In this document: positions 55,514 to 64,000 of the stretch, one piece after another | Position numbering within the stretch: position 1 is the stretch's first letter | How the letters are laid out: each line of letters starts with the position of its first letter | IMG/VR virus record: IMGVR_UViG_3300050821_014397 | DNA: 64,000 nucleotides | Reading direction: 5' to 3' (one strand) | DNA from: an uncultured virus (IMG/VR IMGVR_UViG_3300050821_014397) | Lineage: Duplodnaviria; Heunggongvirae; Uroviricota; Caudoviricetes | Position numbers and translations under genes: made by a program | The notes under the pieces: generated by a model | The model's input: only the letters and a program-made list of their open reading frames with translations | What the model was told of the DNA's origin: nothing | Database searches by the model: none

Positions 55514-55762
55514 CTAGTCGAAGTCCTTCGACTCCTGGCGCGCGATCCCGGCGTTGGCCCACATCACGCACTCCTCGAGCTTGGTCAAAGCGAGCGACCG
55601 CTCGCGCCGGTCGGGGCACAGCTCGACGATGAGGAGGGCGAGCGCCTTCGCCTGATCGCGGAGCTTCTGATAGCGCGCAGGCTGATCGCCCTTCGGTGCG
55701 TGGAACGTGAAGTCGCCCTCGATCCGCTCCACGAGCATCTTGTCGGTGGCGCTGAGTGGCAT
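55514..55762 (-). CDS. Acb2/Tad1-like helical hairpin protein (possible nucleotide-signal sponge)
   Basis: FTFH.P...Q..RY..LR...A......CP..RERSLALTKLEE.VMWAN.GIAR. Confidence 0.7.
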   Translation of the reverse strand: MPLSATDKMLVERIEGDFTFHAPKGDQPARYQKLRDQAKALALLIVELCPDRRERSLALTKLEECVMWANAGIARQESKDFD

Positions 55763-55763
55763 G

Positions 55764-56372
55764 CTAGCTCCACTTCTGGGGCAGCCGGAAATAGAACAGC
55801 ACGATGAGGCCCTGGCCTGCCGTTCCGCCCGCCATCCCGGCTACGTTGAGCCAGCCCTGAAACGGGACGACGGGAGCGACCGCGTTCCAGAGCGGCAAGC
55901 TGGTCGTGATGTTCTGATCGAGTTCGCCCCCTGCGGCTCCGAAGCTGCCGTTGGCAAAAATGTCCGTCAGGCCCGACTGCGATCCCATGGTGAACGCCAC
56001 CGGGCCGGGCGAGGCGTTGAACGGCGTGAAGCAAACCGACATCCACGAATAGAGGAAGCTGGCGGCTGGGAACGGAATCGCCAGCGAGAAGTTTCCCATC
56101 GTGTAGTCGAGCATCATCGCGAGCGCCAGCGGGGTGACACCGGCAACTTGCGGCCCGCCGGTCGGCCCGCTTACCACCGGACCCGCGAATTGCGTGGCCA
56201 TTCCCCCGGGCAGGTTGGACATCATCTGCCGGTAGCTGGTGGGCGTGCGCCCGAGCAGGGGCGGCAGGCTGGCAGACAGCGTTACCGACGGGGATTCCGG
56301 CGGTCGCTGGATGGGCAGCTGCGGCTGGTTGGGGTCAATGATGGTCGGTTCAATGGTGATGTCAGGTGCCAT
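55764..56372 (-). CDS. Putative minor structural protein
   Basis: Internal MATQFAGPVVS resembles N-termini of proteins that usually follow the capsid gene. Confidence 0.5.
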   Translation of the reverse strand: MAPDITIEPTIIDPNQPQLPIQRPPESPSVTLSASLPPLLGRTPTSYRQMMSNLPGGMATQFAGPVVSGPTGGPQVAGVTPLALAMMLDYTMGNFSLAIPFPAASFLYSWMSVCFTPFNASPGPVAFTMGSQSGLTDIFANGSFGAAGGELDQNITTSLPLWNAVAPVVPFQGWLNVAGMAGGTAGQGLIVLFYFRLPQKWS

Positions 56373-56406
56373 GTCGAGGATTATACTTGATTGCAGGTTT
56401 CGAGGA

Positions 56407-57015
56407 ATGGTCAAAGTCGAAATGCTTCCGGTCCCCCCGGAGTACGTGGATAAGTTCATGAAAGGGGTCTATCTGACCACGCTCCGCAAGATCCCCGGCT
56501 ACGACCTGAAGCGCACGCACCAGCGCCTGCTGGTCGGACTCGACCAGCTCTGGGTCGCCTGCTCGCCGCAGGCCTGCTCGAGCATCTGGGGCGTTGTCAT
56601 CACCACGATCAGCGACCGGCCACCGAGCAAACGGAAATGCTTCGAGCGCCAGGACCCCGCGCTGATGCGCTCTCTCACCGTCCACATCGCCGGTGAGTAT
56701 TACCTGGGCACGTGGCTGGAGAGCGCGATAGAGCGCATCATCCACTACGCGCGCCAGCAGGGCTGCCGCCAGCTGTTCCTCCTGTTCCGCAAGAACTGGC
56801 AGAGGCGCATCCTCAGGCCTTTCTTTTCGGCTGGGTGGGAGGCCGTCGCCATCAGCCGCGACCGGCCCACCAAGTCCACCTGCAAGGTGTACCGCCACCG
56901 CAACACGCCCGGCCATTTTCGAATCGTCATCCCGATCCCGGCCAAACGTTTTACCCGGCACATGTATCACATGACGGGCCGGTTCTACCTGAAGGAGGAG
57001 GAGGCAGCAGCATGA
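56407..57015 (+). CDS. GNAT-like podovirus virion-module protein
   Basis: GVVITTI...AGE...W......YAR..GC......RK.W.R pattern, upstream of ejection proteins. Confidence 0.5.
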   Translation: MVKVEMLPVPPEYVDKFMKGVYLTTLRKIPGYDLKRTHQRLLVGLDQLWVACSPQACSSIWGVVITTISDRPPSKRKCFERQDPALMRSLTVHIAGEYYLGTWLESAIERIIHYARQQGCRQLFLLFRKNWQRRILRPFFSAGWEAVAISRDRPTKSTCKVYRHRNTPGHFRIVIPIPAKRFTRHMYHMTGRFYLKEEEAAA

Positions 57016-58529
57016 CCCCAACGCCTCGCAAAGTGCGCTCCGGGCGCAGGCAGTTCGGCCCGAGCCCCGGCACCGACCAGGAATGGGCGAAGGTGATGGC
57101 GAGCCCGCACGTGCAGCGCGCCTTCAGCGATCCAGCGATCCAGCAGGCCCTCATGCAGCACATGCAGCAGCAGGCCGCCGCCGCGCCTCCAGCCGCGCCA
57201 GCGCCGGGCATGGCGCAAGGCGGCGCGCTCCACTTCGACACCGGCGGCGCGAACAACGCCACCGAGATCCACGACCTCGAGCGGCAGATCGCCGATCTAC
57301 CCGAGGGGGAGAAGAAGAACAGCCTGCGCATGCGCCTCGCCACGCTCCAGTCGCAGCAGTCGGCGAGCCCGTTCTCAATACCCGGCGGGGGCACCGTCTC
57401 CGGCAGCACCATGAGCGGCATCAACCAGATGGTCAAGCCGCCCACCATGGGGAATACCGCCCTCGCAGCGGGCATGGGCGCGCTGATGGGTGCGGGAACC
57501 ACCAGCCACCAGGGCCTGAGTGCGCTCGTGGGCGCGGGCCTCTCGGGCGCGCTCAGCTACCTGATCCGCAAATACGGCAAGAACGCGCAGGCCCAGAAAG
57601 ACCAGCAGCAGAGCGGCGGCGGTGGCGGCTACACTGGCGGCTACACCCCGATGCAAGCACCGCAGGGCGGCGCAACGGGCAGCAGCACACCGGCGCAGCC
57701 TTCGGTGACGCTCCCGACCTCCGGCCCCACCGGCGGGCCGCAGAGCGTGCCGGGCCTGGACAACGTCGGCGCGCTTCCCTCCGCGCCTCCCGGCGAGGGC
57801 CGCCTGATGATGGGCACGGCCAACTCGGATTCCGGCAACGTGATCTCCCGCGACGGCGGCAAGACCTGGGTGGACAGTCAAACCCAGAAGCCGTACCACG
57901 ACGTGGTCGTCAACCAGACGCAGATCGATCCGGGGAGCAGCCTGACCAGCGCCGCCCCGGCCACCACGCCACCGGCGCAGACCGGCCTGGGCTCGGCGCT
58001 CGCAGGCAGCGCCGACACGAACACGACCACGCCGAATTTGATGGGGCCGACCTTCGCCGCAGGCCAGGAGAAGCGCCTCCAGCAGGGCCTGATCCCCCGG
58101 GGACCGGCGGGCGCGTTTGCGCCGGGCTGGGACGAGAAGCTCGGAAAGAACACCTTGCAGGGCACCACACCAACCGCCGCGCCAACCGACTCCTGGTTCG
58201 CGGGAGCCCCCGGCGACTTCGGCGGCGAGTTTGGTGAGGCCACCACGCCGTTTCAGAAGGGCGGCCCGGTCGCGAGCCCTGAGCCGCTGGCGCACAAGAT
58301 GCCGATCCCGGTCCTGCACACCACCATCGTGATCGCGGGCAAGCCCAAGCAGGACGACAAGAAGCCCACCAAGAAGGCGGGCGGCGGGGTCTATCCCAAG
58401 ACGCAGCTGCTTCCGCCCAAACGCGGCCCCCAGGACCACGAGGACCGGCCTCGCGCCCATGGCCGAGTGCAGGTTCCGCGCGGCAGCGGAGTCGCAATTA
58501 AAGGCAAACGATTCGGCGGCATCTACTGA
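57012..58529 (+). CDS. Low-complexity internal virion-type protein
   Basis: MAQGG / FQKGGPV motifs; ends RGSGVAIKGKRFGGIY. Confidence 0.65.
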   Translation: MTPTPRKVRSGRRQFGPSPGTDQEWAKVMASPHVQRAFSDPAIQQALMQHMQQQAAAAPPAAPAPGMAQGGALHFDTGGANNATEIHDLERQIADLPEGEKKNSLRMRLATLQSQQSASPFSIPGGGTVSGSTMSGINQMVKPPTMGNTALAAGMGALMGAGTTSHQGLSALVGAGLSGALSYLIRKYGKNAQAQKDQQQSGGGGGYTGGYTPMQAPQGGATGSSTPAQPSVTLPTSGPTGGPQSVPGLDNVGALPSAPPGEGRLMMGTANSDSGNVISRDGGKTWVDSQTQKPYHDVVVNQTQIDPGSSLTSAAPATTPPAQTGLGSALAGSADTNTTTPNLMGPTFAAGQEKRLQQGLIPRGPAGAFAPGWDEKLGKNTLQGTTPTAAPTDSWFAGAPGDFGGEFGEATTPFQKGGPVASPEPLAHKMPIPVLHTTIVIAGKPKQDDKKPTKKAGGGVYPKTQLLPPKRGPQDHEDRPRAHGRVQVPRGSGVAIKGKRFGGIY

Positions 58530-58596
58530 TAAACTGTAGTGCGATGGATCGTTTCGTTTCCGTTGTCGTTGTCAGTAACCCGGTTTGATAGGGTGA

Positions 58597-58641
58597 GCGC
58601 CGGGCTCGTTCTCCCTTGCTCGGGTCCGGCGCGTTTTCTTT
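58597..58641 (+). terminator. Intrinsic terminator hairpin (possible sRNA 3' end)
   Basis: GCGCCGGGCTCG...CGGGTCCGGCGC followed by GTTTTCTTT. Confidence 0.65.
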
Positions 58642-58654
58642 GAGGGCGCGTTAG

Positions 58655-60811
58655 ATGGGCTTCTTCTCTCCGTCTCCGGCGACCAGCACCAGCACCTCCA
58701 GCAGTACGACCAACTACACCCCTTCACCGGCGATCCAGGGCCAGTGGAACGATATCACCGGCACCGCCTCGGGCCTCGTCACCGGCCCCGGCGGCATCGT
58801 CAACAACTACCAATACCCGGGCCAGATGGTCGCCAACCCGAGCGACCTGATGAATCAGTACTGGAATCAGGCGGGCTCGATGGGAGCCAACGCTCCCAAC
58901 ATGCAGCCGTACCAGCAGCAGATGACCGGGTACGGCTCGCAGCTCGCGGGCACGCAGGTCGATCCCAATTCGATCAACCTGCCCGGCTATAACCCGCAAT
59001 CGTTCCAGCCCGGCCAGCTGAACCTGCCGCAGTTCGGCGCTACGCCCAACGTCACCGGCACCACCGGGCCGAGCGGCCTCGCCTCTTCCTATCTGGTCAA
59101 CCCGGGGCAGGTGCAGGCACCGGCGGCCTATACGCCGCAACAGGTGCAGGCCATGAATGTCTCGGCACCCGGCTCGGTCAATCCGATCACCGGCGTGCCC
59201 AATGTCAGTGCGCCCCAGCTCCAGCAGTATCAGATGAACCCGAACGCGTACCAGCCGGTGAGCGCGCAGGGCCTGCAGAACTTCACCATGCAGGCGGCGG
59301 GCAACGTGGCACCGACGGGCCTTGCGAGCACGCAGAGCTTTACCGACCCGGGCGTGGCGCAGCAGTACATGAGCCCGTACACGCAGCAGGTCGTCAACAG
59401 CCAGCTCGCCCAGGCTCAGGTGCAGGAGCAGCAGCAGCTCCAGCAGCAGGGCGCGCAGGCGGCGCAGGCCGGGGCCTTCGGCGGATCGCGCTCGGCGGTG
59501 GAAGCCGCCAACACGTCCATCGGGTATCAGCAGCTGGCCTCGCAGATCCAGGCGCAGGGTCTGCAGAGCGCGTATCAGCAGGCCCAGCAGCAGTTCAACA
59601 CGCAACAGCAGGCGGGCCTGCAGGCGCAGCAGTTCAACATCGGCACCGGCCTCCAGGCGCAACTCGCGAACCAGCAGGCGCAGCAGCAGGCCAACGTGCA
59701 GAACCTGTCGGCCTATCTGCAAACGCAGGGCCTCGGCGCGCAGACCGGCCTCCAGGCCCAGCTCGCCAATCAGCAAGCCGGTCTCTCGGTCGGACAGCAG
59801 AACCTGCAGGCCAACCTCGCCACGCAGCAGCTGGGCGCAACCACCGGCCTGCAGGCGGCGCTCGCCAACCAGTCGATGTCGTACCAGCAGCAGCTGGCCA
59901 ACCAGCAGGCGCAGGAGTTCGGCTACGGCCAGCAGCTGCAGGCGGGCCTCGCCAATCAGCAGGCGGGCCTGCAGGCGCAGGGCATGAATCAGTCGGCGGG
60001 CCTGCAGAGCGCGCTCGCCAGCATGGGCTATCAGTACGGCGCTTCGCAGGCCAACGCGGCCAACCAGCTGCAGGCCGGGCTTGCCGCGCAGCAGCTCGGC
60101 TACCAGGGCTCGCAGTTTAATGCCCAGCAGATGCAGCAGGCGGCGCTGGCCAATCAGGCCGCGCAGATGCAGGCGCAGGGCATGACCTACCAGGGCGGCC
60201 TCTCGGGCGCATTGCAGACCCAGAACCTGGGCATGCAGGGCCAGATCCAGGGCGGCCAGATGGGCCTGCAGAGCGCGGCCCAGCAGAACCAGCTCCGGCA
60301 GTCGCAGCAAAACCTGAACATGGGCGCGATCCAGGGCGCGGCGGGCCTCCAGCAGCAGGCGGGAATGCTCGGCATGCAGGGCTACCAGACCGGCCTGCAG
60401 GGCCTCAATGCGCTGCAGCAGGGCGCGACCTCGAACCAGGGCTACAACCAGCAGGTGGCCGACGCGGGCTATCAGCAGTGGATGAATTCCCTGACACTGC
60501 CGCTGCAGGGCCTGGGCGCGCTCGCGCAGCTGACCGCCATGCAGCCGCTCCCCTACACCATGAACCAGAGCGGCACCTCGACCGGCACGCAGATGCCCGC
60601 CCAGGCCTCGCCCTTCAGTCAGATCCTGGGCGGCGCGTTCGGCGGCCTGGGCGCGGTGGGCAGCCTGTTCGGACGCGAGGGCGGCCTCGCCGAGAACCTG
60701 CCCGAGCTGAAGGCGAAGAAGCCCCGGAGCAAGCGCACCGGCCTCGCCGCCGTCGTCGCCATGCCCCAGGCTCCGGCCTTCCAGCGGCACGGCCTCGAGC
60801 GGGCGGCCTGA
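58655..60811 (+). CDS. Gln-rich DNA ejection / internal virion protein
   Basis: QYMSPY...V, AGAFGGSR, repeated LQA.LANQQA. Confidence 0.75.
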   Translation: MGFFSPSPATSTSTSSSTTNYTPSPAIQGQWNDITGTASGLVTGPGGIVNNYQYPGQMVANPSDLMNQYWNQAGSMGANAPNMQPYQQQMTGYGSQLAGTQVDPNSINLPGYNPQSFQPGQLNLPQFGATPNVTGTTGPSGLASSYLVNPGQVQAPAAYTPQQVQAMNVSAPGSVNPITGVPNVSAPQLQQYQMNPNAYQPVSAQGLQNFTMQAAGNVAPTGLASTQSFTDPGVAQQYMSPYTQQVVNSQLAQAQVQEQQQLQQQGAQAAQAGAFGGSRSAVEAANTSIGYQQLASQIQAQGLQSAYQQAQQQFNTQQQAGLQAQQFNIGTGLQAQLANQQAQQQANVQNLSAYLQTQGLGAQTGLQAQLANQQAGLSVGQQNLQANLATQQLGATTGLQAALANQSMSYQQQLANQQAQEFGYGQQLQAGLANQQAGLQAQGMNQSAGLQSALASMGYQYGASQANAANQLQAGLAAQQLGYQGSQFNAQQMQQAALANQAAQMQAQGMTYQGGLSGALQTQNLGMQGQIQGGQMGLQSAAQQNQLRQSQQNLNMGAIQGAAGLQQQAGMLGMQGYQTGLQGLNALQQGATSNQGYNQQVADAGYQQWMNSLTLPLQGLGALAQLTAMQPLPYTMNQSGTSTGTQMPAQASPFSQILGGAFGGLGAVGSLFGREGGLAENLPELKAKKPRSKRTGLAAVVAMPQAPAFQRHGLERAA

Positions 60812-60812
60812 T

Positions 60813-63344
60813 ATGCCGGACATCAGCCAGATGACGAGCGACCTGCGCGGTCTGCCCGATCAGGTCCTGCAGCACGAGCTGATGCAGCCGAGCGGCGTCG
60901 TGCCCAGCTACCTCGTGCTCGCCGAGGCGCAGCGCCGCCAGCTCATGCGGCAGGCCGCGCAGAAGCAGCAGAGCCAGGGCCAGAGCGGCACGGTGATGGA
61001 CGACGTGGTGCGCAACATGATGGCGGGCCAGCCGTCGCAGGACGGGCCGCCGCCACCGGCGGGCATGACGCCGCCCAAAGCAGGGCAAGGTCCTCCGCAG
61101 CAAGGTCCTCCCGGCATGCCGGGCGCGGCACCGCCGCAGCAGATGGGCTTCGCGCGCGGCGGCGTGATCCAGATGGCGGATGGCGACCTCTACGAGGATG
61201 ACGGTGAGGGTGAGGATCAACCTGATCAGCCGCAGGTGCAGGCGCAGGGCTCCGCCGACCGCGCCATGCAGCCGGTGAACGTCGACGATCTGGCCGAGGC
61301 CATGATCCAGTTCGAAGGCTCGCGCAAGCCCGACTCTCCCGGCTACCACGCCAATAACCCGGGCCACCTGAAGTACGTCGGGCAGAAGGGTTCCATCGGC
61401 AAGGACGCGCTCGGCTTTGCGCGCTTCAACGACTGGAACACCGGCCTCACGGCGATGAAGGATCAGATCCGCACCAACCTCAAACGCGGCCTGACCTTGA
61501 GCGAAATGATCGGCGGCAAAGAAGGCGTGTATCCGGGCTGGGCTCCGGCGAGCGACAACAACAACCCGGCGAACTACATCAACTACCTCAAAAAGCAGAC
61601 CGGCTACGATCCCGACGCGCTCATGCAAGAGGGCGGCGCGCAGGCCGCGCCGAAGCCGCCGGTGCTCGCGGCCTCGCAGGCAGACCAGGGACCGGCCACC
61701 GGGCCGGTGCAGGGCTCCGCCGACACGCCGACCGAGAAGCCGGTGCCTAAGCTGCCGCCTGCGGTGGAAGAAGAAACCGACGGAGAAGACGGAGATGGAG
61801 AGGCAGCGGCTCCGCCCGCGCCGCCCGCCAAGCCAGCGGCCCCGTCCTATGTCATGCCGTCGGCCCGGGAATTCGATCCCTACAATCCCGCCAACATCGA
61901 CAAGCAGCGCCAGCTGTACTACACCATCTTCGGCGGCTCGCCCGAGCGCCAGCAGCAGCTCGAGGCGCAGCGCGCGGCCACCGTCGCGCAGCTCCAGGGC
62001 CTGCAGCAGGACACCATCAACCGCTACCGCAACCCGAGCCCTTGGGAGTTCCTGGCCAACATCGGCGCAGGCATGGGAGCCTCGCATCAACTGTCCCTGC
62101 CGCTCATGTTCGCGCAAGGCGTCGGGCAGGCGTGGCAGGCGCGCGATCAGCAGCAGGACCGGGCGCTGACGCAGGCAGAGGCGCTGCAGCAGCACATCGA
62201 TGCGATCCAGAACATCGGCGGGACGGAGCGCGAGCGCATGGGCCGCGATCTGGTTACGCTGCTCGGGCAGCAGAGCAAGACTCCTGGTGGCGCGGCCAAG
62301 TTCGAAGACTTCGTGAAGATGCCCGGTGCCACCTACGGATCAATCGACCCGAGTCAGGCTCCGGGGCCGGGCATGATCGGCGTGCCCGATCCGGGCCACC
62401 CCGGCTTCGGCGTATGGATCAGCCAGAATCAGGCTACCCAGGCCCCCAAGGGGCAGCAGCTGACCGGGATGTTCGAGAAAGACTTCCTGCCCGGCTGGGC
62501 GGAGGAGAACGGCACCTCCGTCGATAAAATGACCGGCACGCAGCGTCAGCAGGCCTTCAAGGATTACCGCGCCTCGCTGGTCGATCCCAGCATCAAGGAG
62601 GCCGCGCAGGAAATCGCCAAGGGCATCATGGAGGGCACCTCGCCGCCCGACATGAAGGGCCTGTACCGCTACGGCGGTCAGGTGCGCGCCATCCTGAACA
62701 AGAACGGCTACGACCTCACGACTGCGATGCGCGACTGGCAGAACCTGCAGAAGTATTACACCACGCTCAACGGTGCAAAACAGATCCAGATGCGTCAGTC
62801 CACTCAGTTTGTCGCCGAGAGCATCCCTTACATGCGCCAGCTGTACAAGGACTGGCAGGCCACCGGACTGCCGACGGGATTCAAAGAGTACAACAAAGCG
62901 GCTCTGGTGGCTGCTACCAACCTGCCCGGCGAACAAGGGGTCAAGGCGCGGCTGTTGCTCTCGCAGCTTTCCCACATGACTTCCGAGGTTGGCACGATGT
63001 ACAAGGGCGGCAACAACTCCACCGACGATAGCCTGCGGCTGGCGGGAGAGAGCCTGCAGGCCGACTGGAACCCGGAGCAGTTCATGGGTGCCCTCGGCCA
63101 GCTTGAAAAAAACGTCCAGCTCCGCAGAAACTCGTGGAACTCCATCGCGCCTGCGGGCGTCAGCCCCGACTCGCAGTATCTGGTGAAGCCGGGCGGAGGA
63201 GCAGGGGGCGCGGGACCAACCGCCGGTAATGCGCCGCCGCGACCTGCCGGGATTCCGGCGGGTGCCGCCGCGCAGTGGAACCCAACGCGGCAGCAATGGC
63301 GCTATAAGAAGCCGGGAAGCGACACATGGCAGATCCTGCAGTAA
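60813..63344 (+). CDS. Internal virion protein with lysozyme-like domain
   Basis: FEG...NNPGHLK...FARF....G..AM...TL.EMI...WAP.SDNN.P.NY. Confidence 0.7.
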   Translation: MPDISQMTSDLRGLPDQVLQHELMQPSGVVPSYLVLAEAQRRQLMRQAAQKQQSQGQSGTVMDDVVRNMMAGQPSQDGPPPPAGMTPPKAGQGPPQQGPPGMPGAAPPQQMGFARGGVIQMADGDLYEDDGEGEDQPDQPQVQAQGSADRAMQPVNVDDLAEAMIQFEGSRKPDSPGYHANNPGHLKYVGQKGSIGKDALGFARFNDWNTGLTAMKDQIRTNLKRGLTLSEMIGGKEGVYPGWAPASDNNNPANYINYLKKQTGYDPDALMQEGGAQAAPKPPVLAASQADQGPATGPVQGSADTPTEKPVPKLPPAVEEETDGEDGDGEAAAPPAPPAKPAAPSYVMPSAREFDPYNPANIDKQRQLYYTIFGGSPERQQQLEAQRAATVAQLQGLQQDTINRYRNPSPWEFLANIGAGMGASHQLSLPLMFAQGVGQAWQARDQQQDRALTQAEALQQHIDAIQNIGGTERERMGRDLVTLLGQQSKTPGGAAKFEDFVKMPGATYGSIDPSQAPGPGMIGVPDPGHPGFGVWISQNQATQAPKGQQLTGMFEKDFLPGWAEENGTSVDKMTGTQRQQAFKDYRASLVDPSIKEAAQEIAKGIMEGTSPPDMKGLYRYGGQVRAILNKNGYDLTTAMRDWQNLQKYYTTLNGAKQIQMRQSTQFVAESIPYMRQLYKDWQATGLPTGFKEYNKAALVAATNLPGEQGVKARLLLSQLSHMTSEVGTMYKGGNNSTDDSLRLAGESLQADWNPEQFMGALGQLEKNVQLRRNSWNSIAPAGVSPDSQYLVKPGGGAGGAGPTAGNAPPRPAGIPAGAAAQWNPTRQQWRYKKPGSDTWQILQ

Positions 63345-64000
63345 CCGATCCGAACGAGGGCTGGATCGACGTCCCTGCGACCGCGCCAGCGGCGGCAGCT
63401 CCGGCGGCAGCTCCAGCGAGTGCGGACACCGGCTGGGTCGATGTGCCGGAGGACAAACCCCAGGGACCTCCGCCGCCATCGGCCACCGACTTCCTGCTCA
63501 ATCAGGCACCGCACTCGATCTACCGCGCGGCTTCGAGTCTCACGCACGCGGTGATCCATCCCATCGACACCGCCTGGAACGCGGGCAAGCTGGTCGCGGG
63601 CACGCTCCGGGCGGCGGCGCGCGGCGCAGGCATGGACATGCCGGACAACGAGGCGGATCAGGTTGCGCGCCACTTCGTGGACTACGCGAAGAACCGCTGG
63701 GGCGGCGTGGATGAAATCAAGAACGCGCTGTATCACGATCCGGCGGGGATGCTGATGGACTTCTCGGCGGCCTTGAGCGGCGCGGGCGGCGTACTGCGCG
63801 GCGCGGGCGCGCTCTCCGGTGTCGAAGCAGCCAGCACGCTGGGCCGGGAACTGACTACGGCAGGCGAGGTAACCAACCCGCTGTACGTTCCGAGCAGGAT
63901 CGCCTCGGGTACGATCAACCGCCTGATCACCAAACCCCCTCCGGCTCCGCCTGAGCCGCCAGCTTTCGATCCCAAGACGGTCACCTTCGCGAATGAGGAG
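63326..64000 (+). CDS. Large internal virion protein (3' truncated by window edge)
   Basis: MADPAVTDPNEGWIDVP... open to the window end. Confidence 0.65.
   Translation, partial: MADPAVTDPNEGWIDVPATAPAAAAPAAAPASADTGWVDVPEDKPQGPPPPSATDFLLNQAPHSIYRAASSLTHAVIHPIDTAWNAGKLVAGTLRAAARGAGMDMPDNEADQVARHFVDYAKNRWGGVDEIKNALYHDPAGMLMDFSAALSGAGGVLRGAGALSGVEAASTLGRELTTAGEVTNPLYVPSRIASGTINRLITKPPPAPPEPPAFDPKTVTFANEE

Noticed and set aside
1..64000. tRNA, rRNA, DNA polymerase, RNA polymerase or transposase genes
   Set aside because: None recognised by eye; a tRNAscan or HMM run would be needed to exclude them fully

Overview
The window is most of a GC-rich, probably temperate, tailed phage genome with podovirus-like structural genes. 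The host is uncertain, with weak hints of Acidobacteria. It runs from inside the large terminase gene (1-775) to inside an internal virion protein gene (63326-64000). Modules: (i) a leftward early/accessory region of about 45 mostly small genes (1.4-17.1 kb), including PAPS-reductase-like and DUF932 genes; (ii) a non-coding control/origin region (17.1-19.0 kb); (iii) a leftward replication operon (VRR-NUC, prim-pol/AAA helicase, SNF2 helicase); (iv) a ribbon-helix-helix regulator flanked by repeated operator-like palindromes; (v) tail and head genes (26.5-45.4 kb), including an S74-chaperone tail fibre, GroES-like protein, scaffold and capsid; (vi) an inverted portal plus a DUF7178-like protein; (vii) excisionase-like, tyrosine integrase and Acb2/Tad1-like genes; (viii) internal virion proteins. 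The two best findings are RNA-based. First, a stand-alone Cas7/RAMP-like gene (20137-20718) is followed by three non-coding arrays of 13-14 strict pentamers ([G/C]NT-NN, 41 of 41 units) sharing a 3' end, a candidate non-CRISPR programmable guide system. Second, four circularly permuted twister ribozymes with compensatory base changes and a variant type II hammerhead punctuate the early transcript. All protein calls are from motif recognition by eye; no database searches were run.
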